64,000 nt of DNA from Felis catus (GCF_018350175.1 NC_058368.1:238020001-238084000); one strand, 5' to 3'; positions 1-11,826 are shown, counted from the stretch's first letter. The notes: generated by a model not told the origin, from the sequence alone. Made by a program: numbers and translations.

Positions 1-227
1 AAGCAAGGAAGGAGCTAAGCTACCGGCAAGCGTAGACCAGGCCGCCAGAAACACTTTTCTGACGTTTTTAGGGTTTCAGAACGAAGCTAGGTTTACCACG
101 AATACAGCACAGGGAGGATGCTGTTTTATGTTTTCAAAAGTCTACCACTAAATTTATCTTCCTGGAGAGTGTGATGCTAATAACCTTCCTCCGTTACTTT
201 CCTTTAGCCTGTAACTTGCTTGAAATG

Positions 228-228
<1 letters not shown>

Positions 229-266
<38 letters not shown>

Positions 267-340
267 CGAGCGTGTGTGTGCACACGTGTGAAATGCCAAG
301 TGTGTGTGTGCACGCATGCGTGTGTGTGCACACGTGTGTG
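229..340. repeat. (TG)n microsatellite with degenerate TG/CA extension
   Basis: Pure gtgtgt run from ~229 to 264, followed by interrupted tgtgtgcacacg-type units up to 340. Confidence 0.95.
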
Positions 341-639
341 ATTTCCCCATGTCCCCAAAGAGTTACCAAAAATATGGAATGAAAATACTGTTAGAAGCAA
401 ATTATTTCACTTACATTTGAGAGTGCATTGTTTTAAACACTGCACCATCCAGCCTTGGAAATATTAAAGCGTCTATCCGAGAAGTCGCAGTCCCCAAATG
501 GGGTCTTGGCAACTCCCCCCCATTTTGTTCTCATTCCTAACAGGAGACCCAGTAGCCATGACTTCTCAGGCTGACACACAGCAATCACCTGCTTGCATCG
601 GTCTTTTATGATGATGTTTTGCGGGGTTGACATAATCGG

Positions 640-1515
640 GAAAGCATAATTCAATTTTTTTTTAAAAAATTAGCCATTTATTAGAGTGTGGGCAAGACAT
701 AAGCATCTCCGTGAATCATACACGCCAATAATGAAAACTAAAAATACAATGAACTTTCCCTAGCAGCAGGGTAATAGTTTAATTGTATACAGTTATTCTT
801 ACATTAAAAGCTGCATACCTGGCAAGCTTTATCGGGTAACAGGGACTTTTAAATGTGCCAATGTTTCTACACGAGTAACGTGGGTCAATTGCAGAAGGGG
901 TAACCATAATGATTAAATCATTAAAATTTTGTCTACGCTTCACAGAGCATAGAGAAAATTAACTTCCCACCAACCTCATTTTTCTGCTGAACATGAAATA
1001 ATGATTTTCTGCCAGTATAATTACAAAGCTAACATCTGATAGAGTCAGCATCCAGGGGGGATTAGCGCAGGCGTGAGTATTAGACCTCATTACCAGCCTG
1101 ACTGCAAAATTATTACATCTTGTAATTGGAGGGTGAGATTTATATACAGATTGGCCGGGTTTCTGTAAGATTGTAATTACAAGCTTCGTTGGTTTGCTAC
1201 TTATCACACGGTGCAGGAGGAGGCAGAAACAAGCAGAGGGGAGACCATTTCATTAAGCTGTAACCCTATCAAGGGAGGAGCGCTGTAACGTCCCTGTATT
1301 TATTAGGCCAAACAGAGCTGTTTGCAGAAGGGGAGACCATTTATTACCGCCTGACAAATGGGATTTCATTTATTTAACCTCGGCGATCTATTTCAGTAAA
1401 ATGTACAAACGAGCCATCCATTTTATGATTCCGGAGTCAACGCTCAATTATCTAAAGGCTAACTGAGTGTTAAAGTGGCCATCTGCTAGGATGAATCCAT
1501 TGATTTAATTTGCCT
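640..1515. promoter_or_regulatory. Candidate conserved non-coding element / developmental enhancer
   Basis: Repeat-free AT-rich block with dense TAAT/ATTA, TGATTTAAT (1501), TGACA and GTAAC motifs and an internally repeated motif. Conservation is inferred, not tested. Confidence 0.55.
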
Positions 1516-1529
1516 CGTGTTGCTGAATG

Positions 1530-2240
1530 GTTCCGGGGGCGCGGGGGGGGAGGGCCGAGCCCGCCTGAGCGACGGGGGCGCGGGCGAGCCCCCTCCCGGC
1601 CGGCGTCTGCGCGCCTGTGTGCGTGTGCGCGCCTGCGTGTGCGCGCCTGCGTGTGCGCACATCCTTAATCCTTCACACAATGGAAGGAGGCGATCAATAG
1701 CAGCTTAAATTTTATGAGACAAGGAGTTAAGTTGTTCTGCCCAAGCCGAGCACCTTTGTTCTCCCGTAACAAGTCATCTCTGCGGCGGAATTAATATTGA
1801 CAGGCGGGCTTCTTTGTGGCTAATTTGGAGGGCGCCCGGGCCGATGGGCGGGCGGGCGGTAATAGAGCCGTTGTTAGTGTCCGTTGCGGCCGCTGCAGGG
1901 GGACACCCTGCCCCGGCCCCTGCCCCGGCGTCCGCCAGCCCTCACGGGGCTTCGACCCTCTCAGACCCCCGCTCTGTTGCAAGGTAAATACGGAAGCAAG
2001 AGGGCATTTCTTTGCAAGGGGGTGTGGGGTGTCATCGGGGCCGGGCAGTCCCCGAGCGGCCCTGCTGTGCTCACACGGCCGCTTGTCCCCGGGGCGGGCA
2101 GTGGGCGGCTCCCACGATGGCTCTTCGGGACTTGCTGCCGGACGTCTTCTGGGCCCTCCTGCCCCGCAAGCCCAGGAATCCTGCCCAGACCGCTCTCTGG
2201 CGGTTGCAGAAACTTCCCGGGTCAGGGGGCTGCGCGGGAG
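1530..2240. promoter_or_regulatory. CpG island with an embedded AT-rich homeodomain-motif segment (1680-1870)
   Basis: High GC and CpG density, GC boxes (gggcgggcgggcgg ~1846-1859) and gcgcgcctgcgtgt repeats. Confidence 0.65.
1609..1660. repeat. Short tandem repeat of ~14-bp unit gcgcgcctgcgtgt (about 3.5 copies)
   Basis: Read directly; mostly alternating purine-pyrimidine sequence. Confidence 0.8.
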
Positions 2241-2630
2241 AGGCTCTGCCCAAGGTCCCCTGGTGTGGGTGCTGTTTGTGACAGGCGGGAGAAGCCCCTG
2301 GAGCGGGTATCTGCAAGGAAGGGGCCTGCCCGGTGACACCCATTTCCAGAACGTTCCAGGCTGCCTCCGCCCCTAAGAAAGGGCCCCCTCGGAGTACCCC
2401 ATTGCTCCTGCCGCTGACCCGGGACCACGCGGGAAGGCTTCCGGAACACGGGAAAGCTGTTCCTTGCATGTGTCTCTCTCCCGGGCCCGGCACCCCGAAG
2501 TTGTGCATTTAACTGTGAGCCCCTCACATTCCGGAAGGACAGAGATCAGGAGGAATTTGCTCAGGGACGAGCCTGTGGCTGTTGGCGGCCACGGCCACAG
2601 CTCCAGGTCTCTGAGTGCGACAGTTACGCT

Positions 2631-2730
2631 TCACCCCACCCGCGTGCACGCGAAGCCCCAGGGGCCCTCTGTTCGGTGACCCTCCACCCCGCGTGCACGC
2701 GAAGCCCCGGGGACCCTCTGCTTGGTGACA
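2631..2730. repeat. Two-copy ~48-bp tandem duplication containing the palindrome CGCGTGCACGCG
   Basis: cccgcgtgcacgcgaagcccc-ggg-ccctctg-t-ggtgac occurs twice in tandem. Confidence 0.85.
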
Positions 2731-2899
2731 CAGGGTGTCTGTTCCAGGTCCTTCTGTGTCAACTCTTTCCCCTCATGGTCCCTCCTCTTCTTCTCCCTCT
2801 CCCCTCTTCGGTGGGTGCGGGTGGGGCTCTGCCTGTCACCACCCTCCCTGGCACATTGTCACATCACAACCACACTGCCCCTTCCAGGCCCTATCAGAG

Positions 2900-3355
2900 T
2901 CCACGGTCCTCCCCCTGTGGGCCCTCTGTCCTCCCCCATGAACCCTCCGTCCTCCCCCTGTGGACTCTCAGCCCTCCCCATGTACACCCTCCATCTTCCC
3001 CCCATGGACCCTCTGTCCTCCCACTGTGGATGCCCCATCCTCCCCTGTGGACCCTCTGTCCTTCCCTGTGAGCCCTCCAACCTCCCCCTGTGAGCCCTTC
3101 GTCCTCCCCCTGTGGACCCTCTGCCCTCCCCATGTACACCCTTCATCCTCCCCATGTACACCCTCCGTCCTCCCCATGTACACCCTCCGTCCTCCCCCTG
3201 TGGATTCCCCGTCCTCTTCCTGTGGATCCCCCGTCCTCCCCCTCTAGACCCTCCATCCTCCCCCTCTGGATCTTCCATCCTCCCCTCTAGACTCTCCGTC
3301 CTCCCCCCTCTGGATCCTCCATCCTCCCCCCGTGGACCCTCCATCCTCCCCACCT
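2900..3355. repeat. C-rich minisatellite, ~22-bp unit ccctccgtcctccccctgtgga / ...ccccatgtaca, ~20 copies
   Basis: Units read directly, e.g. 2943-2964; variant endings tgtgga, atgtaca and tctaga. Confidence 0.9.
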
Positions 3356-4099
3356 TCACCAGGACCCTGCCCTCAGGTTCTGGCTGTGGCCTCTTCGTTG
3401 TTCTTTGCTGTTGTCATATAGCAGTGGCCGTAGCCCTCCGACTCTGGGCAGGAGTGTGGCAGGTGCCTCTGCCAGGAAGGAGCCAGGCCCTGGCCCTAGA
3501 GGCCCTCCTTCCAGAACCGAGTCTCAGAAGGGAGTGGAGACACTCCTGTCTCTGTCACTGGCTGGGCCTCAGGTTGTCTTCTTGTGCGGCTCCTCAGGAT
3601 GCGAGGAGAGAAAAGCCCTGTTTCCCAAGCAGCCATCCACAGCACGGACACTTGCCGTGGGCGGACAGCCTCACCGGCCAGGCAGCCAGAGAGGAGCCGT
3701 GGCGCCTCCAGGCGGAGGCCAGCGAGTGCTCCCTGGGACGGGGCTGCCCGAGGCGAGCCCGTTTGCTGCACTCAGCTGGGGCTGCAGGCGTCTGGGTCCT
3801 CTCTCACTGAAACACAGCAAGGGGAGAGCAAACCAGGTCTGCTCAGGGTCCGTGATCCAGAAGGCTCCGGGCTCTGGGCTGAGCCCGCCTGGCACAGAAG
3901 TGAAACTGCATTGCAGCCAAGATTCCTAAGGTCGTACATCCGGGAGGCAGATGTCCCGCAGAACCACTCTGGGGAGCCTCTGTGGCCAGCGCTGGGCCAC
4001 CTGCCGCCTGTGTTACACATTTCCTCGCCGACTCCGATAGTGGCCATTTTTTGCCATTACGGGGGCAGGACTTTTTCTTGTTTCTTCCTGGAACGGACT

Positions 4100-4560
4100 G
4101 AAGCCAGCGATTATATTATATTTATGCTATACACTTATCATCTCTGCTCGGTATATTTTCACCACAGCGATCAACTATAATCATTAAGAGCCACTTACAC
4201 ACAAACTCTGAAAACCGTTAATGAATTAGCTAATCGTTTACAGTCCAGGAAAATTCTTGGCTTTTGCTAGAAATCCAGGGAGTGACGACGGGCAATTCAT
4301 TCATCGGTCTTTCGTTCAATTTCAAGTATAAATACAAATAAGTAAACTTGACAAACCACATCTTTCTTTTTAGACTCTGAATCATCCTATCGATTTTTGT
4401 ATCCAAAGCAACTACGAGCTACTCCGTCTCGTCCCTCTTATTGTCATTTGGGGGCAGGCTGCTTTCAGCTGTATTTATATTTATTTGGAGCAATCGATGG
4501 GATGCAGTAGTTCAATCACCTGCACAATCTAAATGGCTCCCGTAAACCACTGGAGCAGGA
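4100..4560. promoter_or_regulatory. Candidate conserved non-coding element
   Basis: Repeat-free AT-rich block in GC-rich surroundings, with taatcatta, ttaatgaattagctaat and forkhead-like taagtaaac motifs. Confidence 0.4.
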
Positions 4561-6153
4561 AACCGACTCAGTTCATCTTGGAAACGGCCAAAACACCCAG
4601 ACTAATCGCTGCCCCCTCACCATTTTCGGTTTTGAAGACAGTTGCCTTTAAAACAACAAACACAGAAACGAAACCAATAACCAGGAGCATCAGCACAAGC
4701 AGGTCTCATAAACCAGTAATCGGGGCCGGGGGGGATCATGTCTCCCGTGGGCGGCGGGGGGGGGGGTGCTCTGGATCTGTGTGTGCGGGTACCCTCAGGG
4801 AGCAGCACCCACAGCCGTGCAGAGCCCCCACGCCCTGGTTCCGGCCACCGCAGGCGGGTCGGCAGGCGGGGTCGGACCGTCCTTCCCCTGAGATGCCACG
4901 ACCTGGGCACGATTGGGGCAGCCCTCCTGGAGGTGAAAGGTGGTACCTCCCCCCACGGAGGCTGAAATGCCTTTTCCAGGAAAGGAAGGCGCTCAGGTGC
5001 CAGCAGCAGGGTCACCGACCCCGACAGCCAGAGGAGAACTGGCCGGAAGGCGCCGGCTTCGGGGACGTTTCCTCCATGCGAGGCTCCGACTCCAGGGAAT
5101 CTCCCTGTCACAAGTACAATCTTTTTTGTCTGTGCTTTAAAAGAAATAGTTGTTCAAATCCCAAATGTTTCCAGCAGCAGAAAAAAATAGACTGCAGGAT
5201 ATGTCTAGTATTTTCTAAATATCAATGAGTTACTACACAATTCCTTTTTTTTACTTTAAGACATCAAAACCTACAAGATTAATTTATGTTGTTCGTCCCC
5301 TGAGAAATCGCCCAATTTATAATAAACATTAGTACGTAAACCTAGATGCATCCACATTTATTACTTATATGTAATACACTCAGAGTTCAAGGAAACATGC
5401 TCCCTTTCTTAAAAAAAAAAAAAAAAAAAAGTACTGTGATACCAGGATTGACTGGGTGAAGAACAACTTATATTATACGAATTCGAATTATAATTTTTTC
5501 ATTCAGTTCTTTTCCTCTAAAAACCTCCATCTCACGGCAAACCCCCTTCCCGAGGCAAGAGCCCGCTGACCTGTGTTGCTGGATGAGGCATTTTTGTAAC
5601 GAGCACATGGTTCATGCTCCCCCAGATGTCATTCGCCTTTTAAATAGGAGCCCAATGATCAAGGAAAACCGAATGTTCCCGACGACCGTGAGTCCGGGTG
5701 CCCGGCACGGTCTTGCTGAGCCATAGAAAGGCCCGGGCCCGGGAGGAGCAGAGGAGAGGCTGTGCCAGGCTCAGAGGGGGGCGTGGAGGGACCGCCCCGG
5801 GGAAGCAGGGGTGTCTTCAGGGAACAGAAAGGACCTTCTGCAGTCAGGAGGGGAGCACAGCTGGCCGGCATCCCCCTGGGCATCCCGTCCATCCATTCCC
5901 GCCACAGAGGGAGGGCTGAGCGCCTGTGCTTACGGCCCGCCGGTCTGGGTCGTGTGGCCTGACAAGCCGTCACCGTCCAAGAGGTCTTGGAAGAGAGCAC
6001 AGCCAGGGGCGTGTGCAGATGCAGCGAGCCGGGGTCTGGGGGGCTGGGAGCCAACAACACAGGGGCCTGCCCGACTCTCAGGACATCGAATACAAGCCCT
6101 TAGACCCGCCCATGGCCAGCGGATCCGCGTGGGGGCAGCAGGAGTAGGCTGGG

Positions 6154-6154
<1 letters not shown>

Positions 6155-6197
<43 letters not shown>
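6155..6197. repeat. Poly-G homopolymer (43 nt)
   Basis: Counted directly. Confidence 0.95.
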
Positions 6198-6199
<2 letters not shown>

Positions 6200-6363
6200 A
6201 CAGACACGGAGCCCTGGCAGGTAGGGACTGTAGGCGCTGCAGCTCCAGATGCACCGCGTGGCACGTGCAGTCTGCGAGGCCAGCGCAGCGCCTCCGAGGG
6301 CGCCTCCCAGCAGGGGCTGACGTGGGCGCGTGGTGCGTGTGGGCAGGGCAGCGAGGGCAGCGA

Positions 6364-6577
6364 GGGGCGCCTGGGGCTCAGTCGGGTGAGCGTCGGCAGC
6401 CTTTCAGGTGGCGATCTCACGGCTCCTGAGCTCAAGCCCCGCATCAGACTCTGTGCGGACAGCGCTGACCCTGCTTGGGATTCTCTCTCTCTCTCTCTCT
6501 GCCCCTCCCCTGCTCGTTCTCCCTCTCTTGCTTGCGCTCGCTCTGTCTCAAATATAAATAAATAAACTTAAAAAAAA
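6364..6577 (+). mobile_element. Can-SINE (SINEC, older felid/carnivore subfamily)
   Basis: ggggcgcctggggctcagtcgg head, (CT)n tract and A-rich tail; TSD cgagggcagcga at 6352-6363 and 6578-6589. Confidence 0.92.
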
Positions 6578-7329
6578 CGAGGGCAGCGATACCGATGCCC
6601 GCCCGCAGGCAGTGTGAGTGGACTGCCAGCCAGTATCAGCTGGAATTCTCACCCCCTTGCAGGCACACGCACACACCCAGTGAGCATCACTGACACGGCA
6701 GGGAATTCGCACACGGAAAGACACCACCACAGCTGCTGGAAGGAAGGGGCCTCATTGCAGACCTGGGACTCGCGAGAGCCAACGGAGCCAGGTGGGGATG
6801 CCCTTGCCCAGGACAGAACGGGGCCGGGAGGCTGCAGTTAAGGTGAAAACTCTTACCAGCCGGGGTCCTGGAACGCCCCCCACTGTGGAGGCCGGGTCTA
6901 GACGGACAGAGGGGCTCCAGGGCCAGAAGCGGGTCAGCAGTTACGTGGCATTAGCATGGCGCCCGCCTCGCCCGCAGGCCCGCACAGAACTGTCTCTACG
7001 GACACGAGCCATCTTCCTGGAAGGCTCAGGCTCCCAGGGTGGGCCCGGGGCCAGGGGGAAGCAGGGAAAAGCACGTGGATGACCACGGAGGCCACGGCAA
7101 GCCCGTAGGCAACAGGAGGCCTACCGCTATCCCGCTGGTACTAGGGAATGCACGTGGTCTAAAGAATAGAAAAAAAGTAAAACTTCATACATTTCTCACC
7201 AGACTCCCAGGAAAATGTGGTAGGGCATGGCAGTCACACAAGTGGGCTGGCAGGTCCCCCGGGGACACCCGCCTGGTGCAGAGAGCACCCAGACCCTCGT
7301 GGGACGGCTCAGAAGTCCAGAGAGGATCG

Positions 7330-7690
7330 ATTGCAGACATGCCCAGGTCTGTCTCTCTCTCTGGGTTCTCTTCCTTCTCGTTCTCTACTGCGTCTTCACA
7401 GCGAGGCGGCTGCAGGTCTGTGTCTCCAGCCTCCTTCTCGCCATCCGCGTCCGTGAGCACCTGTTCTGGGCCCTGGCCGCCCAACATCGATCCCACCTAC
7501 TCCCGCCCTGGCCGGCTGGTCGACCCTGTGCTCCTGGACACAGATCTGAGTCAACATTCAGAGCCGATGAACTCCAAACCAGCACCTGCACTGGTCTCCC
7601 CATCTCAGATATGAAACCACCAGCCCCGGGTCAAATTTAGATGTCACCTTGTTTTCTCTCCTCCCTCCCACCCAGTTTGAGTCCTTTATG
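7330..7690 (+). mobile_element. L2 LINE fragment (highly diverged)
   Basis: Pyrimidine-rich, L2-like motifs such as ccccatctcag...accacc...aatttagatgtcaccttg. Confidence 0.5.
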
Positions 7691-7914
7691 TGCTGCCTGG
7701 CACCGCACACAGTGTGTCTAGTGTGGTCTGGTGGTCTCCAGTACAACTGGGCCAGCCACTCGCATGTCCCTTCTGGACTACTGACGCAGAGTCCTAGCCC
7801 ACCTGCCCACTCCCCCTGACCCCTTTCCAGGCACCTTGTACTCCACTCACTGCACAGACAGGCCTGGGAAGATGAGCCATGCCCTGGCTCTCTGACCATC
7901 GTGACCAGAGGTTG

Positions 7915-9275
7915 GTTACGGAGTTGACTTTTACAGAGAACAAGTCTTGACCTTCATCCACTTTTCTCTACTGTCTTTCTGATTTCTATTTCTTCCTTTC
8001 AGCCCATTTTAAGCTTAATTTGTTCTTCTTTTCCTACTTTTTATGAGGAGAAGCTTAGATAATTAACTTGAGGCTTTCTTTTTATGTAATGAGAGCATTT
8101 AATGCTATAAATTGTCCTCTATGCACTGCTCTAGCTGCACATGGATAAGTTGTGTTTTCATTTTCATTCAGATCAGAACACTTGCTAATTTTTCGTATTA
8201 GGGGGTAGAGGTGAGACGCACAGGCTATTTGGAATCAGGTTGTCTAACTTCCAAGCATGTGAGGAAACTTCAAACATCCCGCTATTGATTTCTATATTCA
8301 TTTCATTAACATCCAAAGACATACTTTTTATCATTTCAATCCTTTTGTATTTGTGGAGTCTTGCTTAAGGTCCAGAATATGATTTCTCTTATGAACTCTT
8401 CTGTGTTTTCGAAATTAAGTCGGTTGATGATGTTGTTCAAGCCTTTCATTTACTGAATTTCTATCAACTTGGTCTACCAATTTCAAAGAGAGGAATGGCG
8501 GCATTTGTAATCATAATTGTGGATTATTCCATTTCTCATTTCCTTTCTGTCAGTTCTTGCTCTGTGTGCTCTGAAACTCTGGTGTTGGGCCATGCACATT
8601 TTGGCCCTGCTCATGTGTTCTCATATGTTCTCCTCATGAATCGACCCCTTTATTGTTGGTGATATTCCTTATTCTAGAATTCTGTTCTTCTGATATCATA
8701 CAGCCAATCCTTGGTTAACATCGGCGTGCTGTGTATGGGCATGTGCTTTACTTTTAATCTATATGTGTTTTTACACTTAAAGTTAGTTTCTTGTGCACTG
8801 ATTTCGTGCTTACTTACTTATTTAGGGTCTCATCCAATTTTACAACATCTGCCTTTTAGTCAGAGTTTTCAGACCATTTCCATTTAATGTTATTAATGAT
8901 AGAGTTAGATTTAAATCTGGCATCTTTCGAGGTATTTTCCATATTTTTCATTTGACCTTTGTTTTCCTCATTTCTACTTTATTTTGGATTAATTTAATGC
9001 TTTTATGACAATTTTATCGCTTGTATTGATTCAATAGCTCAATGGCCGTCTATCTACTTACCATTTGTCTATCATCTATGTATCTGTCATCTCTTATCAT
9101 ATATTCACTCCTTGTCTCTATCATCTATCTATCTATATCATCTATCATCTATCTATTGTTTATCTATCCATCTAATCATATATCATCTATCTATCCATCC
9201 ATCCATCTATATCTATCATGTATCTATCTGTCTATCTATCTATCTATCCATCATCTATCTAATGTATCATCTTTA

Positions 9276-9306
<31 letters not shown>

Positions 9307-11100
9307 ATCTATCTACCTATCTATCTGTATCTGTCATCTGTTTCCCTTTCATTCTTGTCCTTTGGCCTGTTTTTGTCACACGTGGCACAGCTACAAAGTT
9401 TACAGAATTTCATTTCTTTTCATGGTTGCTCTAGAGATTACAATATATATTCCTAACTTTTAATGGGTCCATTTTCATGTGAAATATTGAAAGCTTGCCA
9501 CAGTAATGTCCATACTCCCTACCCTTTCTGTTATGCCTGAGCCTGTTATGTAAAATACAACTATATGCATCATAAACCCATGAGACAATGTTACAGCTTT
9601 TGCTTTAAGCAGTTTTGTGGATTATACAAAATCAAGAGGGAAAGGCAAAAGAAAAGGAGCATTTAATTTTTTTCAGACATCTGCCACTTCTGCTACTCTC
9701 TTTTGTCTCGTGTTGTGGCTTCCGTGTGGTGTCATTCTACACCCAAAGAACCACCCTCAGCATTTCCTGTAGCAGAGGAGGCCTGCTGGCCACAAGTGCT
9801 TGTAGTTAGAGCCGAAAATGTCTATTGCCTCCTATCTTCATTTGAATCATATTTTCATTGGATATAATATTTGCGCCTGACCAGCTGTTTGCTTCTAGCA
9901 CTTTGAAGACGTTGGTCCACTGTCTTCTGGCCTCCCTGGTTGCTAACGAGAAGCCAGCTTTGGAATAGCTGTCACCTAGACTGATTTTTCTCCTGGTCCC
10001 AGGTCTCTGTGTCCACTTGTGCACATGCCTGATGTGGCATTTCCTGGATGTTGGAAACTGTTAATTTTATAGTGTTGGGTGCTAGACTTTGTTGTACTCC
10101 ATTAAAAAAAATATTGTACTTTTCTTGCTTACATTTAAGTTTTGGGAATTAGCTCTTTTGAGAACTTTCGTGAAGCCTTAGGAGGGAAAGTCTCAGTGGC
10201 GCCCAGTCTGGGGCTCATTTGGCCGCCCCACGGAAGCGACGGCCTCCCGCACACCGTACCTCATGTGTGACAAGGTTCCACACCCTAGCTGGCTGGAACA
10301 TGAGCCGTCCCCACATGTGTGTAAGTTCTGAGAGCTTCTCAGCCTCCTGCTGTCTGCCAGTCCTCCCCTTTGCAGCGAATCTTTGTTACCGTCTCGGGAA
10401 GACCAATCTTAGTTTTCTCACTGGTGTTTTTCATTCACTTCTTGTACCCGGGGGAGAAGTTCTCTTTATTTTTCTTGCTTGGGACTTGCCGAGCTTCGTG
10501 AATTTGAGGTCTGGTGTCTGCTGTGGATCCTGGAAAATCCCTGCTGTGCCTCCTTGCGCATTGCCTCTTCCCCCACCTCTACTCCGTGTGCCGCGTTCTT
10601 TTAACTCCTGCTTACCCCTCACCTCCTTCTAACTCTGTGGGGCACTCTGTGCTGCTACCTCAAATCTGTGCCCTGGATTTCGTATGTAAGAACTTCGGTT
10701 CCAATTCAGTCTCTGAACTTCTGTGTGACCCACTCGCTGTGCGTTTCGATTATTCAATTTCTCATTTCTGAAAGTTCTGGCAGGTTCTTCGTCAACTCGA
10801 TGCATCGGTTTTGATAGTTTCTGCTACTTCACAATATAATTTTCCTCTTTTGTTTTTTTTCAGTGAATTACATGTATGCATTTATATCTTTTTTATGAGT
10901 CCAACATCTGGAGTGTGTGTGGTTTCTGCCTCCCCTTGGCTGTGACAACCCGTCTCCTTTGTTTATGGAATCCTCATCCTGAGCTCACGTTTCGTGGAAC
11001 TTCATCCGTAAAAACTCTTTGAAGTCATTGCTGTTGTTTAAAGTGTCTTCCTTCAGAAAAGACCTGTGTTTGCTTCTGCTTGAGTGTCGCGGAATGAATA
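7915..11100 (-). mobile_element. Ancient L1M (L1MC/MD/ME-type) fragment covering the ORF2 5' part to ORF1, interrupted by a microsatellite
   Basis: T-rich antisense L1 signatures: gcatttaatgctataaattgtcctctatgcactgct, tttagaccattt-catttaatgttatta-like segments, ttctggcctccctggttgctaacgagaagccagc. Confidence 0.8.
9048..9340. repeat. Compound (ATCT)n/(ATCC)n tetranucleotide microsatellite
   Basis: Long degenerate tcta/tcat array read directly. Confidence 0.95.
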
Positions 11101-11826
11101 GGGTTTTCTCCTTTGACCATCTACTAGGGTCAACCTAGTCCAGAGGACACGTCTTCCCCACTCGTCCACTGGAGATACTGGCACCCGCAAGTCCTGACTT
11201 TGCAGGAGCCTCTAACAGAATCCCTCAGCCTACCCGGGCCCCGCCTCCTGTTCCACCATGTTGGACCTTGGACATGCAGGTTCTGACCCACTGGACGTCA
11301 GCAGACACCCTCAGGAAAATACCTGCTCCCGGGATGGCTTTCCCTTGTAGAAGCAGGACCGCCACACACAGCCCTGTAGGCTCTCCCTGGGGCATCCCGG
11401 GGAGAGCCACGAGTATGTGCTGAGGCGGAAGTGACCCTCATGGGGCCTCCCCTGAACCCCACAGGGCAGCCCCGGGTGGCACCGTGCTGGCTTACAACCT
11501 CTGCACTCACAGGCTTTCTCCAGGGTACAGCTGCACCCAGCTCTGTCAGAAACTCTGCAGGAGAGGGAGTTCTCTGAAGGGTTACCCAGAAATAATGCCG
11601 GTAAGGCCAATCCCCAGCCTCCTTTTGTTCTTCTCGCAAACACCTGATTCTACCTGCTCTCTGCAGTTTTTATCAGTCACGTGAGCTATCTCTGTGACGT
11701 GCACAAACGTAGCTGTCTATAAATACATCTTTGCTACTGTGCCCCAGTCGATAACTGTTATGGTGTTAAGTTAAAAATAATTTAAAATCTTCATGAAATG
11801 GATTTAAAATCGACTGACTCATTCTT

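Noticed and set aside
2943..2964. Resemblance of the VNTR unit to the human PRDM9 13-mer CCNCCNTNNCCNC
   Set aside because: The match is imperfect, and the motif is specific to human alleles so it does not transfer to felids.
2676..3810. Long Pro/Ser- or Gly-rich ORFs on both strands
   Set aside because: Produced by the 22-bp minisatellite and GC-rich flank; no domain or splice context.
9042..9456. Hydrophobic, membrane-like ORFs (YLSI repeats)
   Set aside because: Translation of the (ATCT)n microsatellite.
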